64,000 nt of DNA. Origin: Thermoproteota archaeon (lineage in GTDB: Archaea > Korarchaeota > Korarchaeia > Korarchaeales > Korarchaeaceae). Position 1 is the stretch's first letter. Every line of letters begins with the position of its first letter. The stretch is from assembly GCA_027491915.1 (NCBI GenBank), contig JAOZGC010000002.1, positions 160,001 to 224,000 of the forward strand, in the 5' to 3' direction. Below, piece by piece: positions 10,293 through 19,118 of the stretch. Below the pieces are notes generated by a model that saw nothing but the letters and a program-made list of their open reading frames with translations, was not told where the DNA came from and searched no databases. A program made the position numbers and the translations under genes.

Positions 10293-12185
10293 TTGGTTGA
10301 CGTTCCCCGCGTCAGGGTCGGACTGGAGATACACCAGAGGCTGGCGACCCACAAGCTCTTCTGCAACTGCCCATCGGAGCTGAGAGAAGATGAGCCGGAC
10401 TACTGGGCGCGTCGCAGGCTCAGGGTGTCGTACAGCGAGCTTGGCTCCATAGACCCGGCCGCCAGATTTGAGAGTCTGAGGAACAGGACGTTCACCTACG
10501 GGGCGTACTCGGACGCCACGTGCGAGGTGGAGCTGGACGAGTCCCCTCCTCTGCCCATGAATCTCGAGGCGCTTGAGATAGCCCTGGAGGTCTCCCTGAT
10601 GCTGGGAATGGATCCCGTGGACGAGGTGCACACCATGAGGAAGATCGTGATAGACGGCAGCAACACCACGGGATTCCAGAGAACCGCCCTGGTGGCCATG
10701 GGGGGAGAGGTGAAGACGTCGAGCGGGACCGTTAGGCTGAAGACCCTATGTCTCGAGGAGGAGAGCGCCTACATAATCTCCACCGCCCCCGAGGGGGCGA
10801 CCTACAGATTGGACAGGCTCGGCATACCCCTAATAGAGCTGGCCACCGAGGCCGACATAACATCACCTTCTCAGGCCAGGGAGACGGCCTTGACCTTGGG
10901 GAGGGTGCTGAGGGCCACGGGAAAGGTGCAGAGGGGAATAGGGACGATACGGCAGGACTTAAACGTCAGCATAGAGGGAGGCGCCAGGCAGGAGATAAAG
11001 GGGGTTCAGGAGCTAGCCCTTATACCCAAGATAGTCGAGAGGGAGGCCGTGAGACAGGCCACCCTCCTGGAGCTCAGGGACAGGATAAGGGAGACCGTGG
11101 GGGAGGTTAGGGTCTCGGAGCCGAGGGACGTGACGTCGGCGCTCCTTGGGTCAAAATCTAGGTTGATAAGGAGGGCCCTCTCCAACGGTGAGAGGATCTT
11201 TGGGGTAAGGGTCGACGGCCTGGCCGGATTCCTCGGCGTCGAGATACAGCCCGGGAGGAGATTTGGGACGGAGCTCTCGGGATACGCCAAGGTTTTTGGA
11301 GGGGTAGGTGGAATAATTCACTCCGACGAGCTGCCGGGATACGGCATATCGGAGGACGAAGTGCGCGCGCTGAGGGAGGCGCTGGGGGCGGACAGGTCAG
11401 ACGCCTTCATACTGGTCCTCGCCGAGGAGGCGGCCGCCTCCACGGCCCTGGAGGCCGTGTCCGAGAGGCTGATCCAAGCGGGTCTGGGGGTCCCCGAAGA
11501 GACCAGGAGGGCCCTGCCCGACGGCAACACAGAGTTCATGAGGCCGCTTCCTGGTCCCGCCAGAATGTATCCCGAGACGGACGTTTTTCCAGTCAAAACC
11601 GGCCCGCTCATCGAGAGAATCTTGAGGAAAGGGCTTCCAGAGATGCCGGATGCGACCATCGATCGTCTGCAGAGAGAATATGGGCTGACTAGGGAGCACG
11701 CGGAGATGCTCTTGGACGAGGGGAGGGTCGGCCTGTTCGAGCGGGTGGCGGCCGCGTCGGGGAACCTATCCCCCAGGTACGTCGCGGCCATCCTGACCTC
11801 CGAGATGAGGGCCCTCAAGAGGGAGGGGGTGGATGTGGAAGGGATAGGGGAGGAATCCCTCTCCGAGATAGTGTCTCTGGTCGACTCCGGCATCCTCCCG
11901 AAGGAGGGAGTCCGCGACGCGTTGACCGAGGTGGCAGAGAGGGGACCCGCAGCCCTAGAAGATCTGCGGAGACGTAAACCGCCGTCCGAATCTGAAATAA
12001 GAGATATCGTGAGAAAGTTAATCAGGGACAACGCGGAGCTGGTCTCCCGCAGGGGCGAAAGGGCGTTCTCCCCCCTGATGGGGGAGGCTATGCGGATCCT
12101 CAGGGGGAGGGCCCCCGGTTCTCTCGTGAGCGGGATCCTTAAGGAGGAGCTGAGGAGGGCCCTCAGAGGTACCCCTCGAGGCTAA
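10293..12185 (+). CDS. gatE: Glu-tRNA(Gln) amidotransferase subunit E
   Basis: GLEIHQRL..KLFC, RKIVIDGSNTTGFQRT, RGIGTIRQDLN, PGPARMYPETD. Confidence 0.96.
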   Translation: MVDVPRVRVGLEIHQRLATHKLFCNCPSELREDEPDYWARRRLRVSYSELGSIDPAARFESLRNRTFTYGAYSDATCEVELDESPPLPMNLEALEIALEVSLMLGMDPVDEVHTMRKIVIDGSNTTGFQRTALVAMGGEVKTSSGTVRLKTLCLEEESAYIISTAPEGATYRLDRLGIPLIELATEADITSPSQARETALTLGRVLRATGKVQRGIGTIRQDLNVSIEGGARQEIKGVQELALIPKIVEREAVRQATLLELRDRIRETVGEVRVSEPRDVTSALLGSKSRLIRRALSNGERIFGVRVDGLAGFLGVEIQPGRRFGTELSGYAKVFGGVGGIIHSDELPGYGISEDEVRALREALGADRSDAFILVLAEEAAASTALEAVSERLIQAGLGVPEETRRALPDGNTEFMRPLPGPARMYPETDVFPVKTGPLIERILRKGLPEMPDATIDRLQREYGLTREHAEMLLDEGRVGLFERVAAASGNLSPRYVAAILTSEMRALKREGVDVEGIGEESLSEIVSLVDSGILPKEGVRDALTEVAERGPAALEDLRRRKPPSESEIRDIVRKLIRDNAELVSRRGERAFSPLMGEAMRILRGRAPGSLVSGILKEELRRALRGTPRG

Positions 12186-14652
12186 CCCTCCCCTTCCCCC
12201 GACCGGAGAGCTCGTCGAAGTCCAGGCCTAGGACGTCCAGTACCTGCTCGAAGGTGCTCCTCATGATCTCCAGGTACTTCCTAACGTCGACGTCCTCCGG
12301 CCTCGCCAGGGCGAGCGGCTTCACCCCATCCTTTCCGGTCGTCTTGACGTATTCTATGACCTCCCCGGGGAGGGGCTCTATTCCGGTAGCCTCTTTGATC
12401 ATGCGGGCAGCCTTTACGTGCTGGGGGGTCGTCTTGACGTACGATGAGATCGGCTTGGTCATAACGACCCTGAAGGAGACCTCCCCCATGTCGAACCTCC
12501 TGTCCTCCAACCTGCTCACGTACCTGGATATCACGTTCTTTATGTTCTCGATCGCCCTATCCAGATCATCCGGCGTGTGGACGGCCCTGAGCTCATCTAT
12601 GACCTCCGAGAAGGCCCTCCTCACTATCTCTGGGACGTTCCTCTTCTTTCCCAGGAGACCCTTTATGTCCACGGTGCCGTCGTCTCTGACCCCCAGGTAG
12701 TTCTTCTTCAGGCTTGAGAGTATGACGTACCTGTAGTGCTTGTCCAACTCTATGTCTATGCCGAGCCTGTCCTCTACGATCTCCTCGAACGATTCCAACT
12801 CGTCCAGATCGGCCCCCTCTATGAACAGGGAATCGGTGTCCCCGTAGATCACCCTGAGCCCCATCTCCCTCGCTATCTCGAGGGAGGTCTTTATCGCCTT
12901 CCTCCCGAGCGCCGCTATCATCTCGGCCACCGGGGGAGAGTATAGCGGGAACTTCTCATATCCGAAGACCCCGTAGGAGGCGTTCAACATGACCTTCAGG
13001 CTGCTCTGAATCACGCCGTACCAGGAGCGCTCCTCCTCAGGGATGCTCTCGTCCCTGGAAAGTCTCTTGTACCTGTAGACCCTCAGATCCCGGAGACCCC
13101 CTATCAGTCTGTGGACCAGTCCCACCTCCCTCCTCTTGCATATCCAGTGGGGGAGGGTCTCCACCGGCCTGTTCGACCTGCACTCGTCGTGGGGACAGTT
13201 TATCGTCTCAAAGGAGACCCTCCACCTCTCTATTATTGAGGGATACAGGCTGGCGAAGTCCATCACCGCGACGTCGAAGTGGGCGCCCGGGACCGGCTCC
13301 AGGACGATCGCCCCGGCGTACTTCTTACCCCTTATCGCGGCGCTGCTGTAGGTCTCGGCCCCCCTCACCCTCAGCACATCCTCCGGATTCGGTATGAGCC
13401 ATCTTCTGGACCTGTACTCCGCGTATATCATGCTCTGAATCCACTGGGATATCCCCTCCCTTGACACGTCCTCCAGCGGGAGCCTGGATATCCTGGCGAA
13501 CACGAACAGCAGCTTGAGAAGCTTGTCCCCTATGGCGGTTCCCAGCCTGTAGGTGAGCTCCGCATCCTTCAGACAATATCTCGCCAACAGCCCTGCGTCT
13601 AGGGATCCCAGGTCCTCGGACGGGAGTTCCACCTTCCCCTCCCCGAGCATGGCCTTGGATATCTCGTCCAGAGTGTGGCCAAGGTACCTGTTCCCGAACA
13701 CGTAAACCTGAACCGATCTGTTGCCGTAGAGCTTGTACAGGTCTATGTGCACCCCGGTCCTCAGGAGGGATCTGTTCCTCTCGACTATAACTGGATGCCT
13801 CTTGATGCCCAAGAACTCGGCCCTGGCGGCCAGGTATGGCAGATCAAATCCGTCTCCGTTGAACGTGAACACCACCGGGAGGCTGGAGATCCTGTCGAAG
13901 ACCTCCCTCAGGAGGTCAACCTCAGTTTCGTGGACCGCAACCCTGGCCCCATCGACCTCCTCGGGCTGACTTCCCCTCTTGAGGACGTGGACCTCCCTCA
14001 AGCCGTCTCCAACGATGGCCACCGCTATGACCGGCCTCTTGGGTTCCCTGGGATCTGGGACGTGTCCAACCGGCGTTGAAACCTCTATGTCCACGGCACC
14101 CCTGCTCATCTCGGGTACGGGGCTCTCCAGAAGCCTGGCATATCTCTCTATTATCCCTGCGGTCGTCTCGTCGCTCTTCGGCACGCCCGATAGGTCGGGA
14201 GTTTCTAGGTCGACCGGCCTGATGCGCCCGCTCCCCTCCACCTCGTAGGGGAGACCCGGAACAATCCCGGTGTCGTATATGTAAGACATGTAGTACCTTA
14301 TCCGCGCCTCCCACGCCCCCCAGCCCGATTTCCTCAGCCTCTCCCTCAGAGAGACTGGAGAGCCGCCTATGGCCAGGGGATCGGCCGCCTCCACCTTGAG
14401 AAGCCTCACCCTCCTGAGTGTCAGCGGATCCCACATCTCCACCTGACTCGCGCCCTCGATTCTGGGGGCCAGGGCGGGTCCGGCCGCCTCCCTGATCTCG
14501 CCCTCCGGGGCGTCGGTAAGCAGGTAAGGTTTGTGCCCTGTCATGTCTTTTATATTAAATATCTCTCTCTTTTCCGGATCATAAAAACGCATAACGACTC
14601 TATTTTCATTCTTATCATAATAAACAGATAGCAGAAAGGCCCTTCTCCTCAT
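12163..14652 (-). CDS. polB1: Family B DNA polymerase, PolB1 type
   Basis: N-terminal FYDP..GHKPY; ExoI DIE, ExoII FNGDGFDLPY, ExoIII YCLKD; DFASLYPS, LKVMLNASYG, YGDTDS; PIP-like C-terminus SLEGYL. Confidence 0.95.
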   Translation of the reverse strand: MRRRAFLLSVYYDKNENRVVMRFYDPEKREIFNIKDMTGHKPYLLTDAPEGEIREAAGPALAPRIEGASQVEMWDPLTLRRVRLLKVEAADPLAIGGSPVSLRERLRKSGWGAWEARIRYYMSYIYDTGIVPGLPYEVEGSGRIRPVDLETPDLSGVPKSDETTAGIIERYARLLESPVPEMSRGAVDIEVSTPVGHVPDPREPKRPVIAVAIVGDGLREVHVLKRGSQPEEVDGARVAVHETEVDLLREVFDRISSLPVVFTFNGDGFDLPYLAARAEFLGIKRHPVIVERNRSLLRTGVHIDLYKLYGNRSVQVYVFGNRYLGHTLDEISKAMLGEGKVELPSEDLGSLDAGLLARYCLKDAELTYRLGTAIGDKLLKLLFVFARISRLPLEDVSREGISQWIQSMIYAEYRSRRWLIPNPEDVLRVRGAETYSSAAIRGKKYAGAIVLEPVPGAHFDVAVMDFASLYPSIIERWRVSFETINCPHDECRSNRPVETLPHWICKRREVGLVHRLIGGLRDLRVYRYKRLSRDESIPEEERSWYGVIQSSLKVMLNASYGVFGYEKFPLYSPPVAEMIAALGRKAIKTSLEIAREMGLRVIYGDTDSLFIEGADLDELESFEEIVEDRLGIDIELDKHYRYVILSSLKKNYLGVRDDGTVDIKGLLGKKRNVPEIVRRAFSEVIDELRAVHTPDDLDRAIENIKNVISRYVSRLEDRRFDMGEVSFRVVMTKPISSYVKTTPQHVKAARMIKEATGIEPLPGEVIEYVKTTGKDGVKPLALARPEDVDVRKYLEIMRSTFEQVLDVLGLDFDELSGRGKGRVSLEGYL

Positions 14653-14746
14653 GTCGGGTTCCCCGGGCGGCGTAGTGTATAACCCCTCCCCGACCCGACA
14701 GCCCCCGCCGTGAAGCCTTTTTTAACCCCCTATCCCAGACGCCGCG

Positions 14747-15775
14747 GTGCTGCCCTTGAGAGAGACCAAAAATATAATCACATATTTGATGTTATTTATG
14801 ACAATAATTACTCTCTACCCCTTAGCAAAAGCATTTTCACAGCCTTTGATAGGTTCGTTCGCTCCGTTCAGGGACGAGTCCTACATCCAGATAACCTTCG
14901 ACGAGAGCATGGTGGGCAGGGTGACCGCCAACATCCTGAGGCCCCTGAGCTACGCCGACGTGGCCAACTTCAACCAACTGGGGATTCCCATCCTCCCAGG
15001 TATGATGTACAACGCCACCATAGAGTTGAAGAGACAGGGAACGAAGCTCAAGGGGAACTACACTCTGGCAATGGCTCCCGTGCCGGCGCCCAACAACGAC
15101 CTGGACCTGGCCATGAAACTCTATGCACAGCTCCAATCCTCCGGCTCCCCGTACCTGATCTTCAATCAGCTGATGTCCGCCCTCTACGGTCAGGACGTCC
15201 TGTCCATACCAAGGCCCTCGGTAGCGCTCACCCAGACGAACGTGAGCATATCTGGCCCGGCCGTGCGCAAGCACTATGTTTTGGTTAAGGGATTGCTACT
15301 GACGGCCCCCGTTTCTTGCAACACTCCATTTATTGACACCCTTAAAGTGAGATATTATCTCGCAATAATGCCAGAAATACAACCTAATTGGACCGGCTAC
15401 ATAAAGTACCGCGTCAACATGAAGACCCTGGAGATGGGAGGTCCCTACCCCGTCTCCGAGGAGTCGGGGAGGATGTCCCTGAACCTGGATCCGATCTTGA
15501 CCCTTCTCCCGAAGGGGGCAACCTCTACAATATACTTGGCCTTCTCCGATCCCTCCCTCAGGATTGTCGGCGGGCAGCCACGTCCTAAACTGACGATATG
15601 GAACTCCGGGGTCTGGCAGTATGATCCGGTTCTGTCCCAGCCCACCCTAGTGGTGGAGGCCGTCAGGTGGGGGGGAGAACCCGGAGGCCTTGATTGGCTC
15701 ACCGCGGCCGCGGTCGTCCCGCCAGTGGCGGCCGGCGCCTACCTGGCGTACACCCTGAGGAGGAGGGCATCCTAG
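14747..15775 (+). CDS. Hypothetical exported/membrane-anchored protein
   Basis: 342-aa ORF; N-terminal hydrophobic signal-like segment; C-terminal TM followed by RRRAS. Confidence 0.7.
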   Translation: MLPLRETKNIITYLMLFMTIITLYPLAKAFSQPLIGSFAPFRDESYIQITFDESMVGRVTANILRPLSYADVANFNQLGIPILPGMMYNATIELKRQGTKLKGNYTLAMAPVPAPNNDLDLAMKLYAQLQSSGSPYLIFNQLMSALYGQDVLSIPRPSVALTQTNVSISGPAVRKHYVLVKGLLLTAPVSCNTPFIDTLKVRYYLAIMPEIQPNWTGYIKYRVNMKTLEMGGPYPVSEESGRMSLNLDPILTLLPKGATSTIYLAFSDPSLRIVGGQPRPKLTIWNSGVWQYDPVLSQPTLVVEAVRWGGEPGGLDWLTAAAVVPPVAAGAYLAYTLRRRAS

Positions 15776-15781
15776 CGAGCC

Positions 15782-15789
15782 TTTAAATA
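15782..15789 (+). promoter_or_regulatory. TATA box of ribosomal protein operon
   Basis: TTTAAATA about 45 bp upstream of rpl22, followed by a GGAGG Shine-Dalgarno. Confidence 0.6.
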
Positions 15790-15830
15790 CCCCGGCCCGA
15801 TCGGGGACGGCGATAAGGGGAGGAGGTCCC

Positions 15831-16292
15831 TTGGGAAGATACGGCTACTCCAGGCCCCCAAGAGGCGAGGGGGAGGTTGCGGCCTCCGCCACCGACCTAG
15901 ACGTCTCCTACAAGGAGATGGTCGAATTATGCCGGTACCTCCGAGGTATGAGGTTGGAGGAGGCCAAGAGGGCCCTCGAGGAGATAGCGGCCCTCAGAAG
16001 GCCGGTCCCCTTCAGGAGATTTCACGGTGGGGTGGGACACAGGAGAGGTCTGACGGGGTGGAAGGCCGGCAGGTATCCTCGAAAGGCGGCAACGATGATG
16101 CTGAAGCTCTTGGCCTCGGCTGAGGCGAACGCGGTCGACAGGGGCCTGGACAGGGGGTCTCTGAGGGTGATCCACGCCGCCGCCCACAAGAGCAGGAATA
16201 TCCGCTCCTTCTTCCCAAGGGCCCAGGGCAGGGCCACCCCTAAGACGAGGCAGATGGTCCGCGTTGAGGTTATTTTGGGTGGGTCCAAATGA
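15831..16292 (+). CDS. rpl22: 50S ribosomal protein uL22
   Basis: VPFRRF..GVGHRRG..GRYPRKAA, NA...GLD, PRAQGRATP. Confidence 0.95.
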   Translation: MGRYGYSRPPRGEGEVAASATDLDVSYKEMVELCRYLRGMRLEEAKRALEEIAALRRPVPFRRFHGGVGHRRGLTGWKAGRYPRKAATMMLKLLASAEANAVDRGLDRGSLRVIHAAAHKSRNIRSFFPRAQGRATPKTRQMVRVEVILGGSK

Positions 16293-17191
16293 GCGAGGGA
16301 GAGGCGTCTCCTATTCGCAGATCTCCTGTGTACAGGAGATTCGTGGAAGAAGGCTGGATAAGATCGCAGGTTTTTGAGTTCCTTGAATCAGAATTCGAGA
16401 GGGCCGGTTTTCACCGAGCCGACGTGGTCACCACTCCTATGAGGGACGTCGTTACGGTCCACGTGGAGAGACCCGGCATAGTCATAGGAAAGGGGGGGAG
16501 GAGGTCTAAGAGGCTCGCGGACGTCATGAAGAAGAGGTTCGGCTTCGAGAATCCCTACATAAAGGCTGTCAAGATAGAGGAGCCCTTCCTGAGCGCCAGG
16601 GTGGTCGCTGGCTACATCGCCCGGAGAATAATGAAGGGAGACAGGCACAAGAGGGTGGCCTACTCCGCCCTGAGGAGGGTAATGGCCGCAGGCGCCAGCG
16701 GAGTTGAGATAAGGCTATCCGGAAAGTTCGGGAGCGACAGGGCGAGGGAGGAGCGGTTCAGAGCCGGCGTCATCTACCGCTGCGGGGAGCACGCCAAGAC
16801 CCACATAGACTACGCCGTCAAGCACGTCATGCTCCCCCAGGGGGTATTGGGAGTCAGGGTTCGGATAGCCAGGCCCTTGGAGAGGCCTCCCGACACGGTG
16901 AATGTGCTTCATGAGGAAATAGAGTCTCTAATTGAAAGTCTCCGCGAGGAGGCTGCCGAGACTCCAGTTGGGGAGGAGGCGATCGAGACCCCGTTCCCCG
17001 TCGAGGGGGCAGCGGGGGTGGGGAGCTCCCCCGGAGCCGGGAGGGATGTCGGCATCGGGGAGGGGGGAGGATCTGGGGAGGTGGAGTCCGTCTCCCTTGG
17101 AGGTGATGTGGGTGCCGTCGAGGAGGGCGGAGGAGCTGAGGAGCCTGAGCAGGGAGGAACTGGAGGAGAAGCTGAGGGAACTCAGGAGTAG
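16289..17191 (+). CDS. rps3: 30S ribosomal protein uS3 with long acidic/Gly-rich C-terminal extension
   Basis: KH domain RPGIVIGKGG, GASGVEIRLSGK, GVLGVRVRI. Confidence 0.93.
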   Translation: MSEGEASPIRRSPVYRRFVEEGWIRSQVFEFLESEFERAGFHRADVVTTPMRDVVTVHVERPGIVIGKGGRRSKRLADVMKKRFGFENPYIKAVKIEEPFLSARVVAGYIARRIMKGDRHKRVAYSALRRVMAAGASGVEIRLSGKFGSDRAREERFRAGVIYRCGEHAKTHIDYAVKHVMLPQGVLGVRVRIARPLERPPDTVNVLHEEIESLIESLREEAAETPVGEEAIETPFPVEGAAGVGSSPGAGRDVGIGEGGGSGEVESVSLGGDVGAVEEGGGAEEPEQGGTGGEAEGTQE

Positions 17192-17318
17192 GCTCTTCTT
17201 CGAGATAGAGTCCAAGCTCGCTGTGGGGGCCCCTCCTGAGAAGTTGCACGTCAGGAGACAAATCAGGAGGGAGATAGCTAGGATTTTAACTATAATGAAG
17301 GAGAAAGGATACAGATGA
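17112..17318 (+). CDS. rpl29: 50S ribosomal protein uL29
   Basis: ELRSLSREELEEKLRELR...RREIARILTI; GGAGGTGA SD just upstream (ATG 17106 or GTG 17112). Confidence 0.92.
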   Translation: MPSRRAEELRSLSREELEEKLRELRSRLFFEIESKLAVGAPPEKLHVRRQIRREIARILTIMKEKGYR

Positions 17319-17590
17319 GGAATCTTAGGAGGACCTCCCATTTGATGTACCACGAGCTGGTGGGTCTCGCGGTCCAGGTGGTCGCGACTCCCCAACCTCA
17401 CGAATTCGGCCTCAGGGGGAAGGTGGTCTGGGAGACTGCCAACCTTTTAATAATCGAGACCCAGCGGGGCCTCAAGAGGATCCCCAAGGGCGGCAGGATC
17501 TTCCGGGTGTCCCTACCGGGCGGGACCGAGGTGGATCTCTCGGGAGATAAGATCCTGGGGCGCCCAGAAGAGAGGGTGAAGAGGTTATGA
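17315..17590 (+). CDS. rnp1: RNase P protein Rpp29
   Basis: HELVGL, GKVVWETAN, IPK, GRPEER; canonical position between uL29 and uS17. Confidence 0.92.
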   Translation: MRNLRRTSHLMYHELVGLAVQVVATPQPHEFGLRGKVVWETANLLIIETQRGLKRIPKGGRIFRVSLPGGTEVDLSGDKILGRPEERVKRL

Positions 17591-17934
17591 GGGTGGAGAC
17601 GAGGAGATCCTTCCCCGGAGTTAGCCCGCCGGAGCGCGCGTGCGGCGACAGGAACTGCCCGTGGCACGGAACAATCTCGGTGAGGGGGAAGACAATGAGG
17701 GGAAAAGTTATATCTACTAAAATGCAACGAACTGTTGTTATTGAAATCAAATATGAACATTATATACCAAAATATAAAAGATATGAGAGAAGAAGATCAA
17801 AAATCCATGCCCACCTTCCACCGTGCTTGGACGTCGCCGAGGGGGACGAGGTCGTCATAGCGGAGACCAGGAGGCTTGCCAAAACCGTGAGCTTCGTGGT
17901 GCTCGGTAAACCTCATGAGGCGAAACAGGGATAA
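17587..17934 (+). CDS. rps17: 30S ribosomal protein uS17
   Basis: CGDRNCPWHG, KYKRYERRRSKIHAHLPPC, ETRRLAKT. Confidence 0.96.
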   Translation: MRVETRRSFPGVSPPERACGDRNCPWHGTISVRGKTMRGKVISTKMQRTVVIEIKYEHYIPKYKRYERRRSKIHAHLPPCLDVAEGDEVVIAETRRLAKTVSFVVLGKPHEAKQG

Positions 17935-17964
17935 AAATTTCGATTACCTCTCCTTATCTTCGGC

Positions 17965-19074
17965 TCACCCTTGGACTTTTCTTTTCCACCCGTACCTATC
18001 TTGATCATAGAACGGCGTCTCGACCACCTCGACGGATATCTTTCCCCTGGGCCCGAGAGACGAGAGCCTGGTTCCCGGCCGAGAACTTTCTATCTGGACG
18101 TACCCCATTCCTATCCCAAGGCCAATCGTAGGGCTGAATGCGCCGCTAGTTACGATACCAACCTCCTCCCCATCCCCTGTCAATAGCCTGTCTCCCGGCC
18201 TGGGCGCCCTCCTCCCGGTCGCCCTGAGGCCCACCCTCTTCTTCTCTCTTCCCCTGTCCCTCTTCTTCTCCAGGGCCTCCTTTCCTATGAAGTCTTCTTT
18301 CTCCATATCCACCGCGAACTCCAGGTCGGCCTCGAAGGGATCGGTCTCCTCGTTCATATCCTCCCCGTACAGGGGGAGACCGGCCTCCAGTCTTAGGATG
18401 TCCCTGGCCTCCAACCCACACGGCTGGGCCCCCATCGCGACCGCCTCCCGAAAGAACGTCGCGCCCTCATCTTGATCGAAGAAGATAATCTCGTAGCCGT
18501 CTTCTCCCGTGTATCCGGTTCTGCTGACCACGAGACCCCTGTCCTCAAGGTGGGCGACCCTAAACTTTCGCCCTGGAAGGTTCTCTCCCAAGATCTCTCT
18601 CACGGTCTGGACCGCTTTTGGCCCCTGAACGGCGACCATGGCCGTCTCCTCCGTTTCATCCTCCACGCTTAACTCCGATCCTCCCCAGGACTCCCTTACC
18701 TCATCTATCCACGAGATTATCTTCTCCCTCGAGGCCGCGTTCACCACCAGTATATATTTTGTATCTTCTAAAACCATAGCTATATCATCATCTTTTATAC
18801 CACCAAGGTTATTCAAAAATAAAGTGTACCTAGTTCTCCCTGGCCTCCCCGGGATGGAGTTAGACGTCGCGTAATTCAGGAAGGATCTCGCCCCGCCGCC
18901 TGAGATGACGATCCTGCCCATGTGCGACACGTCAAAGATGCCGACCGCCTCCCTGACGGCTATAGTCTCCCTCAACGCGCTGGAGTACCTTAGGGGCATG
19001 AACCACCCTCCAAATTCTGTGAACCTGGCGCCGAGATCCCGGTGAACCTCCTCCAGCGGGGTGCGGAGGGCCAT
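17965..19074 (-). CDS. gcvT: Glycine cleavage system aminomethyltransferase T
   Basis: FGGWFMPLRY, FDVSHMG, QGP, SRTGYTGEDGYE, ARDILRLEAG. Confidence 0.95.
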   Translation of the reverse strand: MALRTPLEEVHRDLGARFTEFGGWFMPLRYSSALRETIAVREAVGIFDVSHMGRIVISGGGARSFLNYATSNSIPGRPGRTRYTLFLNNLGGIKDDDIAMVLEDTKYILVVNAASREKIISWIDEVRESWGGSELSVEDETEETAMVAVQGPKAVQTVREILGENLPGRKFRVAHLEDRGLVVSRTGYTGEDGYEIIFFDQDEGATFFREAVAMGAQPCGLEARDILRLEAGLPLYGEDMNEETDPFEADLEFAVDMEKEDFIGKEALEKKRDRGREKKRVGLRATGRRAPRPGDRLLTGDGEEVGIVTSGAFSPTIGLGIGMGYVQIESSRPGTRLSSLGPRGKISVEVVETPFYDQDRYGWKRKVQG

Positions 19075-19118
19075 GACGCTCGCCCGGGAAACTTTATTGA
19101 ATATCGCTTTTAACTACT

